A DNA stretch of 64,000 bases. Source: Alphaproteobacteria bacterium. Its GTDB lineage: Bacteria > Pseudomonadota > Alphaproteobacteria > CALKHQ01. Shown here piece after piece: positions 26,861-35,331 of this stretch (its first letter is position 1; each line of letters starts with the position of its first letter). The position numbers and the translations under genes were made by a program. Under the pieces are notes generated by a model, which worked only from the letters and a program-made list of their open reading frames with translations, did not search any database and was not told where the DNA came from. Location: NCBI GenBank assembly GCA_965227515.1, contig CBDDFZ010000001.1:544001-608000 (forward strand), in the 5' to 3' direction.

Positions 26861-26885
26861 ATCGGGAGCAGCTTACGCTGAATTT

Positions 26886-26962
26886 GCGCCAGCCCTCTCC
26901 CCCACCCGGCCACCCACGAAAGTATCCTGCCTGGGTGGCCGGGTGGGGGAGAGGGCCGGTGC
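26886..26962. repeat. Long hairpin repeat; copy 2, inverted relative to copy 1
   Basis: Same stem as 20528-20597; loop is the near reverse complement of the copy 1 loop. Confidence 0.85.
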
Positions 26963-26981
26963 CGACTTAAGTGATCATGCT

Positions 26982-27878
26982 CTAGGTCTTGAGAGTCGCC
27001 AGGTCCGCCGCCCGCATCCGCGCATAGCCGCGTTTCGCCGCCGCAGGGCTGCGGTTGGCATAGCAATAGACGCAGCCGTGCGGGCAGGTGTCATAGGCCC
27101 CGATGTCGCGGGATTCCGCGCACATGCACCCCGGGCGGTTGCCTTTGATGCGCGCCGTCATCTCGTGTCCCGCCACCCTGGACAGTCGGGCGCCGTCGAT
27201 GCAGGCCGCGGCCCCTAACGGCGAACCCTTCGCCTCGACCGAGGCCAGCAGGTCCGGCTGCGCGCACAAGGTGGCAGCCAGGCCATGCGCGGCGGCGATG
27301 CCAGCCAGGTCGCGCAGCAGCGCGGCCTTCTCGGCGGGCGGCGGATCGTGCCACGTGACACCGTGCGCCGCCGTCATCCGGTCCAGGTTGCGCCGAGTCT
27401 TGGCATAGATCGCGGCGAACGACAGCACGACCTCGCCGGTCAGGCCCGCCAGCTCTGCCGCCAGCCGCGCGAATTGCCGGCGATGCCAATCAGGCGGCGT
27501 CGCATCGGTGATCAGCACAGGGTCGTAGCGCCAGACCACCGCATCCGGGCCAAATGCCGCCCGCATTTGGCGGAAAACGGCGATCTGATGCGCGGTCGAC
27601 GGTACCGAGGCATCCAGCGCGCGCGGGTAGCCGATGACCGTGAACTGCACAACGAACGGCCACTTCTCGCCGTGCAGCCGCGCCAGCGTGGCCATGAAGG
27701 GCGCGGGATTGCGGGTCCAGAACACGAAGCCGTCGACCGAGGCGCGGTCCAGCGCCACCCGGGTCGGCGGCCCGCCATAGGGATTGGCCACCTCGCATAC
27801 CCCGCGCGCCAGTTGCGCCGTGAACCAATCGCCGTGAAAGGCGGGAATGTCGGTGCGGTAGGAGGCGGAAACGATCAT
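26982..27878 (-). CDS. DUF1848 family protein with C-terminal CxxxCxxC
   Basis: MIVSASYRTDIPAF, VFWTRNP, WRYDP, DIGAYDTCPHGCVYCYAN. Confidence 0.85.
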   Translation of the reverse strand: MIVSASYRTDIPAFHGDWFTAQLARGVCEVANPYGGPPTRVALDRASVDGFVFWTRNPAPFMATLARLHGEKWPFVVQFTVIGYPRALDASVPSTAHQIAVFRQMRAAFGPDAVVWRYDPVLITDATPPDWHRRQFARLAAELAGLTGEVVLSFAAIYAKTRRNLDRMTAAHGVTWHDPPPAEKAALLRDLAGIAAAHGLAATLCAQPDLLASVEAKGSPLGAAACIDGARLSRVAGHEMTARIKGNRPGCMCAESRDIGAYDTCPHGCVYCYANRSPAAAKRGYARMRAADLATLKT

Positions 27879-27910
27879 CGCGACCCGTGAGATCAGGCGG
27901 CCCGCGCCAC

Positions 27911-28588
27911 CTATACTCCCTCCTTTGCGTCGTAGAGGCACCATTCGGCGACCGCGCAGGAAGGGCAAGCCGGCTTGCGCGCCTTGCACACATAGCGGCC
28001 ATGCAGGATCAGCCAGTGGTGCGCGTGCTGCAGCCATTGCTTGGGCACCCGGCGCAACAGCGCCTTTTCGACCTCCAGCGGGGTCTTGCCGGGCGCGAGC
28101 CGGGTGCGGTTGGCGAGCCGGAACAGGTGCGTGTCGACCGCGATGGTCGGCTCGCCGAACAGCGTGTTCAGCACCACGTTCGCGGTCTTGCGCCCCACGC
28201 CGGGCAAGGCCTCCAGCGCGGCGCGGTCGTGGGGAACCTCGCCGCCGTGGCGTTCCAGCAACTGTTCGCTCAGCGCGATCACGTTCTTCGCCTTGTTGCG
28301 GTAAAGCCCGATGGTCTTGATCGCCTCGCGCAAGCGCTCCTCTCCGAACGCGACCATCTTCTCCGGGGTGTCGACATCGACGAACAGGGGTGCGGTCGCC
28401 TTGTTGACCGCGGCGTCCGTGGTCTGCGCCGACATCACCACCGCCACCAGCAGGGTGAAGGCGTTCTTGTAGTCCAGCTCGGTCGTCGGTTCCGGATTGG
28501 CCTTGGCCAGGGTTGCAAAGAATGCGTCCACCGACGCCTTGCTCATCAGCTTCTTGGCCATGTGCCCCGCCAACATTTCCGTGGTCAT
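27911..28588 (-). CDS. nth: Endonuclease III
   Basis: SAQTTD, HhH LPGVGRKTANVV, VDTH, CKARKPACPSC..C Fe-S motif; true start may be slightly downstream. Confidence 0.97.
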   Translation of the reverse strand: MTTEMLAGHMAKKLMSKASVDAFFATLAKANPEPTTELDYKNAFTLLVAVVMSAQTTDAAVNKATAPLFVDVDTPEKMVAFGEERLREAIKTIGLYRNKAKNVIALSEQLLERHGGEVPHDRAALEALPGVGRKTANVVLNTLFGEPTIAVDTHLFRLANRTRLAPGKTPLEVEKALLRRVPKQWLQHAHHWLILHGRYVCKARKPACPSCAVAEWCLYDAKEGV

Positions 28589-28704
28589 CGTACCGTGGGC
28601 GTGACGTTCGGTCGCAAGCGCGCCCGATGCCCCCCACGCGCGCCATTCATATCATCAGGAACGACATTGTCGCGGACCAAAGGCACAGGCATCCTGAACC
28701 GGCG

Positions 28705-29217
28705 ATGACAGCCAACCCAACCACCGATAACCCCGACGGCCCGGGCGCCCCGGTGATTTTCGACGCGGTGCTAACCCCGCACCGCAGCATGTCGCCGCGC
28801 GTCGCCCGCATGCTTGTGCTGGGCTTCGCGCTGATCAGCGCCACTGCCGGCGTTGCCTTCGTCGCCAATGGCATGTGGCCGATCGCCGGCTATTTCGGGC
28901 TCGACGTGCTGCTGGTCTGGTTCGCATTCCGCGCCAGTTTCCGCGACGCGCGCCGGTTCGAGACCGTGCGCCTGACGCCTGTCACCACCACGGTGCGGCG
29001 CGTGCTGCCCAGCCGCCAGGAGCGGAGCTGGTCGCTCAACACCGCCTGGCTGAAAGTGGAACACGACCCGGATGCCCTGCCGGCGCGGCCGATCACGCTG
29101 CGCAGCGCCGGCAAGTCGCTCAGCATCGGCCGCTTCCTCACCCCCGGCGAGCGCGGCGACCTGGCCGATGCCCTGCGCGCGGCGCTCGCCCGGCTGCGCG
29201 GGCCACACCTCGGTTGA
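28705..29217 (+). CDS. DUF2244 family membrane protein
   Basis: LTPHRSM, WPIAGYFGLDV, IGRFLTPGER; divergent from nth. Confidence 0.85.
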   Translation: MTANPTTDNPDGPGAPVIFDAVLTPHRSMSPRVARMLVLGFALISATAGVAFVANGMWPIAGYFGLDVLLVWFAFRASFRDARRFETVRLTPVTTTVRRVLPSRQERSWSLNTAWLKVEHDPDALPARPITLRSAGKSLSIGRFLTPGERGDLADALRAALARLRGPHLG

Positions 29218-29228
29218 CTACACCCCGG

Positions 29229-30170
29229 TTGAGCGCACCCCCGCTGACGGCCGACACGCCGGCCACGCCGGAACCCCGCGTTTCGCAGGGCAGCAGTTTG
29301 CGCACCGGGCCACTGGAACTGGCGATGGTGGTAGCGCTGGGCTGCATCTGGGGCGGCAGCTTCACGTTGATAAAGCTGGGCGTCGAGACCATCCCGCCCG
29401 TCACCCTCACCTTCACGCGGATGCTGATCGGCGCGGCCATTCTCGGCGCGATCTGCGCCATCCAGCGCACCCCGTGGCCACGCGGTCGCGGCGTCTGGCT
29501 GGTCATGCTGGGCGTGGCGCTGGCCGGCAATGTGGTGCCCCAGGTGCTAATTTCCTGGGGCGAGACCCGCATCGATGCAAGCCTGGCCGCCATTCTGATG
29601 GCGATGATGCCCATCGGCGCGCTCGTCATCGCCCATCTGCTGACCACCGACGAGCGATTGTCGGTGCGCCGGGTCTGCGGCGTCGTGCTCGGTTTCGGCG
29701 CCGTGCTCGTGCTGGTCGGCCGCGATGCCCTGGCCGGCATGGGCGGCGCCGTGATCGCGCAGCTTGCCGTCGCATTCGGCGCCATGAGCTATGCTTATTC
29801 CGCCGTGCTCAGCCGCCGGCTGGCCGGCGTGCCGCTGCTCAGCCTCGGCACGGCGACACTGACGCTGGGCGCGGTGGTGCAACTGCCGGTGATGCTGGCG
29901 TTCGAGGCGCCCTGGCGGCTGGAGCCCTCGACGACGTCAATGCTGGCCGCGGCCGGGCTCGGCGTGGTGTCGACCGGGGTCGCCACGCTGCTCTATTTCG
30001 CCGTCATCACCCGTGCCGGCGCCACCGTGCTGGCCATGAGCAACTACCTGGTGCCGCTGGTCGGCGTGCTGATCGGCGCGGTGTTCCTGGGCGAGGCGAT
30101 CAGCTACGCCGCCATCGTGGCGCTTGCGATGGTGATGGCCGGGGTCTGGCTGATCAGGACCAGGGCTTGA
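29229..30170 (+). CDS. DMT/EamA family transporter
   Basis: IWGGSF, about 10 TM helices, NYLVP..GAVFLGE; start uncertain. Confidence 0.88.
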   Translation: MSAPPLTADTPATPEPRVSQGSSLRTGPLELAMVVALGCIWGGSFTLIKLGVETIPPVTLTFTRMLIGAAILGAICAIQRTPWPRGRGVWLVMLGVALAGNVVPQVLISWGETRIDASLAAILMAMMPIGALVIAHLLTTDERLSVRRVCGVVLGFGAVLVLVGRDALAGMGGAVIAQLAVAFGAMSYAYSAVLSRRLAGVPLLSLGTATLTLGAVVQLPVMLAFEAPWRLEPSTTSMLAAAGLGVVSTGVATLLYFAVITRAGATVLAMSNYLVPLVGVLIGAVFLGEAISYAAIVALAMVMAGVWLIRTRA

Positions 30171-30204
30171 TTGTTTCAGCGTACACTTCCCGATCCCACT
30201 TCCC

Positions 30205-30220
30205 TTAACCCGGTCTTTAC
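30205..30220 (+). promoter_or_regulatory. Putative CtrA binding box
   Basis: TTAA-CCCGGTC-TTTAC versus TTAA-N7-TTAAC; extra TTAA half-site at 30248. Confidence 0.55.
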
Positions 30221-30261
30221 CAGCGCAGGCGCAAGACAAAGCGTTTCTTAATCATGCCCCG

Positions 30262-31635
30262 TTGGCCACGGCCCGCAGGCCATCCAGCGGGGGGATGCCG
30301 GAGAGCGCTGTGTCAGGCACCAAGTTCATCGTCGAGACCTACAACGGCCATGCGTGGGTCACCCACACCCGCAGCGACGACCTGGATGCCGCCGGCCATG
30401 CCGCCCGCGCCCTGCTGGCGGAAGACGCCAAACAGGCGATCCGCCTGACCAAGAGCACGTTCAACCCGAAGACCTACGATTTCGAGAACAGCATCCTGTT
30501 CTCCCACGGCCGCATCCGCGCCCAGTGGCTGCCGAAAGTGAAGACATTCGTTGCCGCCGCATCGTTCGCCGGCGCCGGCGTGTTCGGCATGGCCGCCGTA
30601 GCCGACAGCGCGTGGCTGAGCGACATGTTCGACGCGCCCACCCAGGCGGTCGCCCAGTTCTTCAATCCGTCCTACGACGACCCGCTGCCCGCCGCATCCG
30701 CCCGCCCGATGGCGAGCGACATCGATCTTGCCGCCCTGGCCCCGGCCGCCGGGTCCCATGGCGACGTCCCGGCAGACATCGAACCTATCGCCGAACAATT
30801 CGACTGTGATGCCTTCATGTCCGGCCACAACACCGACGTACCGGCGGAAACGGCGGCCGATACCATCGCGCTCTGCCGCAGCGCGACGGATGGAAATGCT
30901 CCCGCCCAGCGCGACCTGGGCCTGCTCTATCGCGACGGCAATGGCGGCGTGGTCCGCGACGACGCGATGGCCGTCGGCTGGCTGCAGCGCGCGGCACGGT
31001 CCGGCGAGGTTGCGGCCTATGCCCCTCTGGCCGCCCTGTTGCTGGCCGATGAGGAAAATACGGAGTCCGTCGAGCGCGCCATCGGCTGGCTGCACGCCGC
31101 CGCCGTTGCCGGCGACAGCGACAGCGCCGTGCAGCTCGCCGCGATCTATCGTGCTGACGAGCTGGTGGCGCCGGACCCGCGGATGGCGCTTGCCTACGAC
31201 ATGATGGCGGCCGAACTGGGCGAGACCGACGCCATGCGCCGTGTCGCCGACGCCTTCGCGCAAGGGATCGGCACTGTGCAAGACGAGCGCGCCGCCGCCC
31301 GCTGGCAGGCGCGTGCCGATGCGGCCGAAACTCCAGTTGAAGCCGTCACCGTGAATGGCGCAAGCAGCGAAGCTGCGGCGCCGCAGCCGGCGATTGTCAC
31401 CCTGCAATGGGAATCGCCCATCGCCGAAGCGCAGGCCCCGGGCGGCGCCCTGGCGATGCCGCCGGCGTTCTCGGCCATCGGCGCTACGCTTGACAGCGGG
31501 GTCGACATGGACAGCGACTTCACCGCCCCGGCCGGCGCGCTGGGGGCCACGTTGGCTGACGCGCATACCCCTGCCGCGCCCGCGACGCCTGATGTGCAGT
31601 GGGCGGCACCGACCCTCGGACCGGCGCTGAGCTAG
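30262..31635 (+). CDS. Membrane-anchored Sel1-like repeat protein
   Basis: Hydrophobic segment, then AQRDLGLLYRDG..AVGWLQRAA-type Sel1 repeats; start may be 30295 or 30310. Confidence 0.8.
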   Translation: MATARRPSSGGMPESAVSGTKFIVETYNGHAWVTHTRSDDLDAAGHAARALLAEDAKQAIRLTKSTFNPKTYDFENSILFSHGRIRAQWLPKVKTFVAAASFAGAGVFGMAAVADSAWLSDMFDAPTQAVAQFFNPSYDDPLPAASARPMASDIDLAALAPAAGSHGDVPADIEPIAEQFDCDAFMSGHNTDVPAETAADTIALCRSATDGNAPAQRDLGLLYRDGNGGVVRDDAMAVGWLQRAARSGEVAAYAPLAALLLADEENTESVERAIGWLHAAAVAGDSDSAVQLAAIYRADELVAPDPRMALAYDMMAAELGETDAMRRVADAFAQGIGTVQDERAAARWQARADAAETPVEAVTVNGASSEAAAPQPAIVTLQWESPIAEAQAPGGALAMPPAFSAIGATLDSGVDMDSDFTAPAGALGATLADAHTPAAPATPDVQWAAPTLGPALS

Positions 31636-31641
31636 ATCGGC

Positions 31642-32478
31642 TTACGCTGGGTCGGCGCCAGCCCGCCGTGGCTTGGCCGGGATCAGCAGGCTCTCGATAG
31701 ACCTGAACGCCGACCAGCAGGCATACCAGTAGCGGCGCCTGCCGAACCCGCCGGCCTTCAAGACGCGCCCGTGGTCGAACCAGACCAGGAACACGACGCC
31801 GCAGAAGAACGCGCGCTGTAGGCGCACCCGCCAGGCGTTGCGCCACGGCGGACCGCCCACGCGCAACCGGCCCAGGGTGCCGGCCTGGAACACGACATGG
31901 GCACGCTCGTCGCGCAGGATTTCCGCGCAGATCGAGCGCAGGGTTAGCGATCCGGTCGCCCGCGCAAGGGCCTGGTAGTACACCAGCGCGATCAGTTCCG
32001 CCGTCAGCAGCACGGAAATCGCCAGGTCCAGCCCACCGAGCTTGCGGACGTAGCGGAAGATGGTGTCGGTCCAGTCCCGGCTGCGCTTGGCCAGCCCGCA
32101 GTCGTCCATGAACCGTCCGAGCTCGGCCGCATGGCGCTGTTCCTCGCGAATGAACAGGCGGCAGGCATAGGAATAGGAATGGTCGCCAGACTTTTGCGCA
32201 TGCAGGTCGGCGTGGTGCTGCAGGAATCGCCCGTCGGAGTTCTCGCCGAGCTGGAACTTGGCGATGGACCGTCCAATGGCACGCCGCTCTTCGGCGGTCA
32301 GGCCGTGGTTGTCGTTCCAGATGATGGCGCGCCGCGCCGCCAGATTATTGCGGAAATAGGCCACCCAGGGCCCAGCGGGGCCGAACGGTGCCGGCTGCAA
32401 TGTTGCGTGCGCTTCGCGCGCCGAAACCACCGCGCCGCTGGAACGGGCGCCGCGACCGGTCTGCTCGAACATCCGCAT
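31642..32478 (-). CDS. Ferritin-like (diiron carboxylate) domain protein
   Basis: FQLGE, EEQRH, TAEL..YY, DERAH ligand pattern; start uncertain. Confidence 0.75.
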   Translation of the reverse strand: MRMFEQTGRGARSSGAVVSAREAHATLQPAPFGPAGPWVAYFRNNLAARRAIIWNDNHGLTAEERRAIGRSIAKFQLGENSDGRFLQHHADLHAQKSGDHSYSYACRLFIREEQRHAAELGRFMDDCGLAKRSRDWTDTIFRYVRKLGGLDLAISVLLTAELIALVYYQALARATGSLTLRSICAEILRDERAHVVFQAGTLGRLRVGGPPWRNAWRVRLQRAFFCGVVFLVWFDHGRVLKAGGFGRRRYWYACWSAFRSIESLLIPAKPRRAGADPA

Positions 32479-32533
32479 CGATCGATCGCCCCCTCTCGGT
32501 CTCTGCAAGGTGCGCGGGCGCCGACTGCGGCAG

Positions 32534-33340
32534 TCAAAGCCCGAGCACGTCGCGCATTGTATACAGACCCGGCGGCTTGCCGGAACCCCAATGCGCCGCC
32601 CGCAGCGCGCCACGGGCATAGATCTCCCGGCTGGTGGCGACATGGCCCAGGGTCAGCCGCTCGTGCTCGCCCGCGAAAACGACTGAATGCTCCCCGGTCA
32701 CCGTGCCGCCGCGCATGGTGGCAAACCCGATGTCACCCGCGCGGCGCGGGCCGGTGATGCCGTCGCGGACCGACTGGCGGACCTCGCCCAGCTCGACCCC
32801 GCGACCCGCCGCCGCCTCGCGGCCCAGCGCCAGGGCGGTGCCGCTGGGCGCATCGACCTTGCGGCGATGGTGCATTTCGCAGATCTCGATGTCCCAGTCC
32901 GCGCCCAGAATGCCGGCGACCTGCCTGGTCAGCGCCTGCAGCAGCACGACGCCGACGCTGGTATTGGGCGCATGGATGATGGCGGTGTGGCGGGCGGCGC
33001 GCGACAAGGCCGCCTCCTGGTCGTCGGACAGCCCGCTGGTGCCGGCCACATGGACGCAACGCGCCTGGGCCGCCAGCTCCGAATGGCGCTCGGTGGCGGC
33101 GGGCGACGTGAAGTCCAGCACCGCGTCGGCAGCGGCGAACAGCGGCACCGGGTCATCGGTCACCGAGACACCGATGGCTTCCCGGCCAGCGAGCTCGCCG
33201 GCATCGCGGCCAAGCGCGGGCGAGCCCGGGGCCTCGGTCGCCCCGCTGACCACCGCATCCGGGTCGTCCAGCACGGCGGCCACCAACATCCGGCCCATAT
33301 GGCCGGACGCCCCGACCACCACGATATTCAATGCCGCCAT
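32534..33340 (-). CDS. dapB: 4-hydroxy-tetrahydrodipicolinate reductase
   Basis: [26 protein letters not shown]. Confidence 0.96.
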   Translation of the reverse strand: MAALNIVVVGASGHMGRMLVAAVLDDPDAVVSGATEAPGSPALGRDAGELAGREAIGVSVTDDPVPLFAAADAVLDFTSPAATERHSELAAQARCVHVAGTSGLSDDQEAALSRAARHTAIIHAPNTSVGVVLLQALTRQVAGILGADWDIEICEMHHRRKVDAPSGTALALGREAAAGRGVELGEVRQSVRDGITGPRRAGDIGFATMRGGTVTGEHSVVFAGEHERLTLGHVATSREIYARGALRAAHWGSGKPPGLYTMRDVLGL

Positions 33341-33395
33341 CGGCCGCTCCTGAAGTTGTCTCGCGCCAGCGAAAATCTCTCAGCGCCGCGGGAGC

Positions 33396-34829
33396 ATGAC
33401 TTTTGCGTTGCGGATGGTCAACGCAGCGACGATGGTTGCGGCCATGGCGCTCGTCCTTTCCGTCACCGCGCTGCTTGCCAGCCTATTCCTCCTGGATGCC
33501 AGCAACGGACTGCTGGGCACCGTCCTTGCCCTGCGCCTTGGCGCCGCCGACGTGGGCCGGGAATGGGTCGGCCCCGTGCTGGCCTGCTACTCCATCGGCT
33601 TCATCCTCGGCGCGATGCTGTGCGCGCGCATCATCGCGCGAGTCGGGCACATCCGCGCCTTCGCCGCCTTCGCCGCCATTGCCTGCTGCATCGCGCTCGC
33701 CCACTCGCTGACCGCGAACCTCTACATGTGGGCGTGGATGCGCGTCGTCACCGGTTTCTCGCTGGCCGGCATGTTCATGGTGGTCGAAAGCTGGATGAAC
33801 GAGCGCGCGGTCAACCGCATCCGCGGCGTGATGCTCAGCCTCTACATGATCGTCCATTTCAGCGGCGCCGGCGCCGGCCAGTTCCTGCTGAACCTGGCGC
33901 CCATCGAGGGCTACCACCTGTTCGTGATTGCGGCGATGATCGGGGCGCTGTCGCTGGTGCCGCTGGCGCTGACGACCAGCGAGCAGCCACGGGTGCCCAC
34001 GCCGGAGCGCTATGGCCCCCGGCAACTCTACAAGGTGTCGCCCTTGGGGGTGTTCGGGGCGTTCGGCACCGGCATCATCTCCGGCACATTCGGGTCGCTG
34101 GCGGCGGTGTTCGCCGGCGACATGGGCATGGATATCGAGCAGATCTCCATCTTCATGGGCTTTGCCCTGCTTTCCGGGCTGTTGCTGCAGTTCCCCATCG
34201 GCCTGCTGTCGGATCGGATCGACCGGCGCTGGATCATCGTCGGTACCTTCGCGGTCCCCGGCGTGCTGGCGATCGCGATGTCGGTGCTGGTGCTGGTGGC
34301 CGCCGACCAGATCCCGGCCTGGTTCATCATCGTCGGCGCCTGTGCCTTCACCGCGGTGGTCTATACGCAGTACGCCGTGTGCGTCGCCCACGCCAACGAC
34401 TTCGCCGGGCCGGGCCGGACCACGCAAGTCTCCGCCGGGCTGGCCATGATCTGGGGCTGCGGCCTGGTGCTGGGCCCGATCGTCACGTCCATCGTGATGG
34501 CGGCCATCGGGCCGGCCGGCTTCTGGATGTTCTCGGCGTTGACCGCCGTCGTCGTGGTGATCGTCGCTGTGCTGCGCATGCGCGCGCGGCCAACGGTGGA
34601 CTCGGTCACGCCCTACGTGCCGGCCTATGAGCGCGCGACCCCGGCCGCCGTGGTGCTCAACCCCGGTGTCGACCCAGACGACGTCGACAGCCTGGCCCAG
34701 TACGAGCCGCCTGCCGAAGATGAGCATCCGGCGGACGAGGAGGCGACCGCCGTCACGCCGAACCTGCCCGCGACGCCCGAGCCGCCGGCCGACGCCGCGT
34801 TCGAGGATGCGGAACCGCAGCCGCGCTAA
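33396..34829 (+). CDS. MFS transporter (YcaD-like)
   Basis: 12 TM pattern, RVGHIRAF, VESWMN, QFPIGLLSDRIDRR, HAND; start may be 33432 or 33444. Confidence 0.88.
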   Translation: MTFALRMVNAATMVAAMALVLSVTALLASLFLLDASNGLLGTVLALRLGAADVGREWVGPVLACYSIGFILGAMLCARIIARVGHIRAFAAFAAIACCIALAHSLTANLYMWAWMRVVTGFSLAGMFMVVESWMNERAVNRIRGVMLSLYMIVHFSGAGAGQFLLNLAPIEGYHLFVIAAMIGALSLVPLALTTSEQPRVPTPERYGPRQLYKVSPLGVFGAFGTGIISGTFGSLAAVFAGDMGMDIEQISIFMGFALLSGLLLQFPIGLLSDRIDRRWIIVGTFAVPGVLAIAMSVLVLVAADQIPAWFIIVGACAFTAVVYTQYAVCVAHANDFAGPGRTTQVSAGLAMIWGCGLVLGPIVTSIVMAAIGPAGFWMFSALTAVVVVIVAVLRMRARPTVDSVTPYVPAYERATPAAVVLNPGVDPDDVDSLAQYEPPAEDEHPADEEATAVTPNLPATPEPPADAAFEDAEPQPR

Positions 34830-34912
34830 AGCACGACCCAAACCAGGTCAGATTATCGGGGAAATGCCGGCGCCTTGCTGTTTCCGGGCGCCGACTGGAA
34901 TCTTCAAAACGC

Positions 34913-35233
34913 CTAGAGCGCGTCCTCGATCCAGGCGTAGAGATCGCTCTTGGCCATGTTGCCGACCTTGGTCGCCGCCAACTGACCGTCCTTGAACAGC
35001 ATCAATGTCGGAATGCCGCGCACACCGAACTTCACCGGCGTGTCCGGGTTCTCGTCGATGTTCAGCTTGCCGACGATGATCTCGTCCGCCTTGTCGCGGG
35101 CCAGCTCTTCCAATGCAGGCGCGATCGCCTTGCAGGGGCCGCACCATTCCGCCCAGAAGTCCAACAACACGGGCTTGTCGGAGTTCAGGACGTCCGACTC
35201 GAAGCTCGTATCCGAAATTGGCTTGGTATCCAT
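34913..35233 (-). CDS. trxA: Thioredoxin
   Basis: DFWAEWCGPCK, GVRGIPTL; follows addA. Confidence 0.97.
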   Translation of the reverse strand: MDTKPISDTSFESDVLNSDKPVLLDFWAEWCGPCKAIAPALEELARDKADEIIVGKLNIDENPDTPVKFGVRGIPTLMLFKDGQLAATKVGNMAKSDLYAWIEDAL

Positions 35234-35331
35234 GACAATGCTCCCAACCCTTCGGGCAGCGGTTGCGTCCGCCACACGGTCACCTGCGGCTAGCCGCCGG
35301 CCAGCACCATGTAGGCTGATGGTCAAACGTG

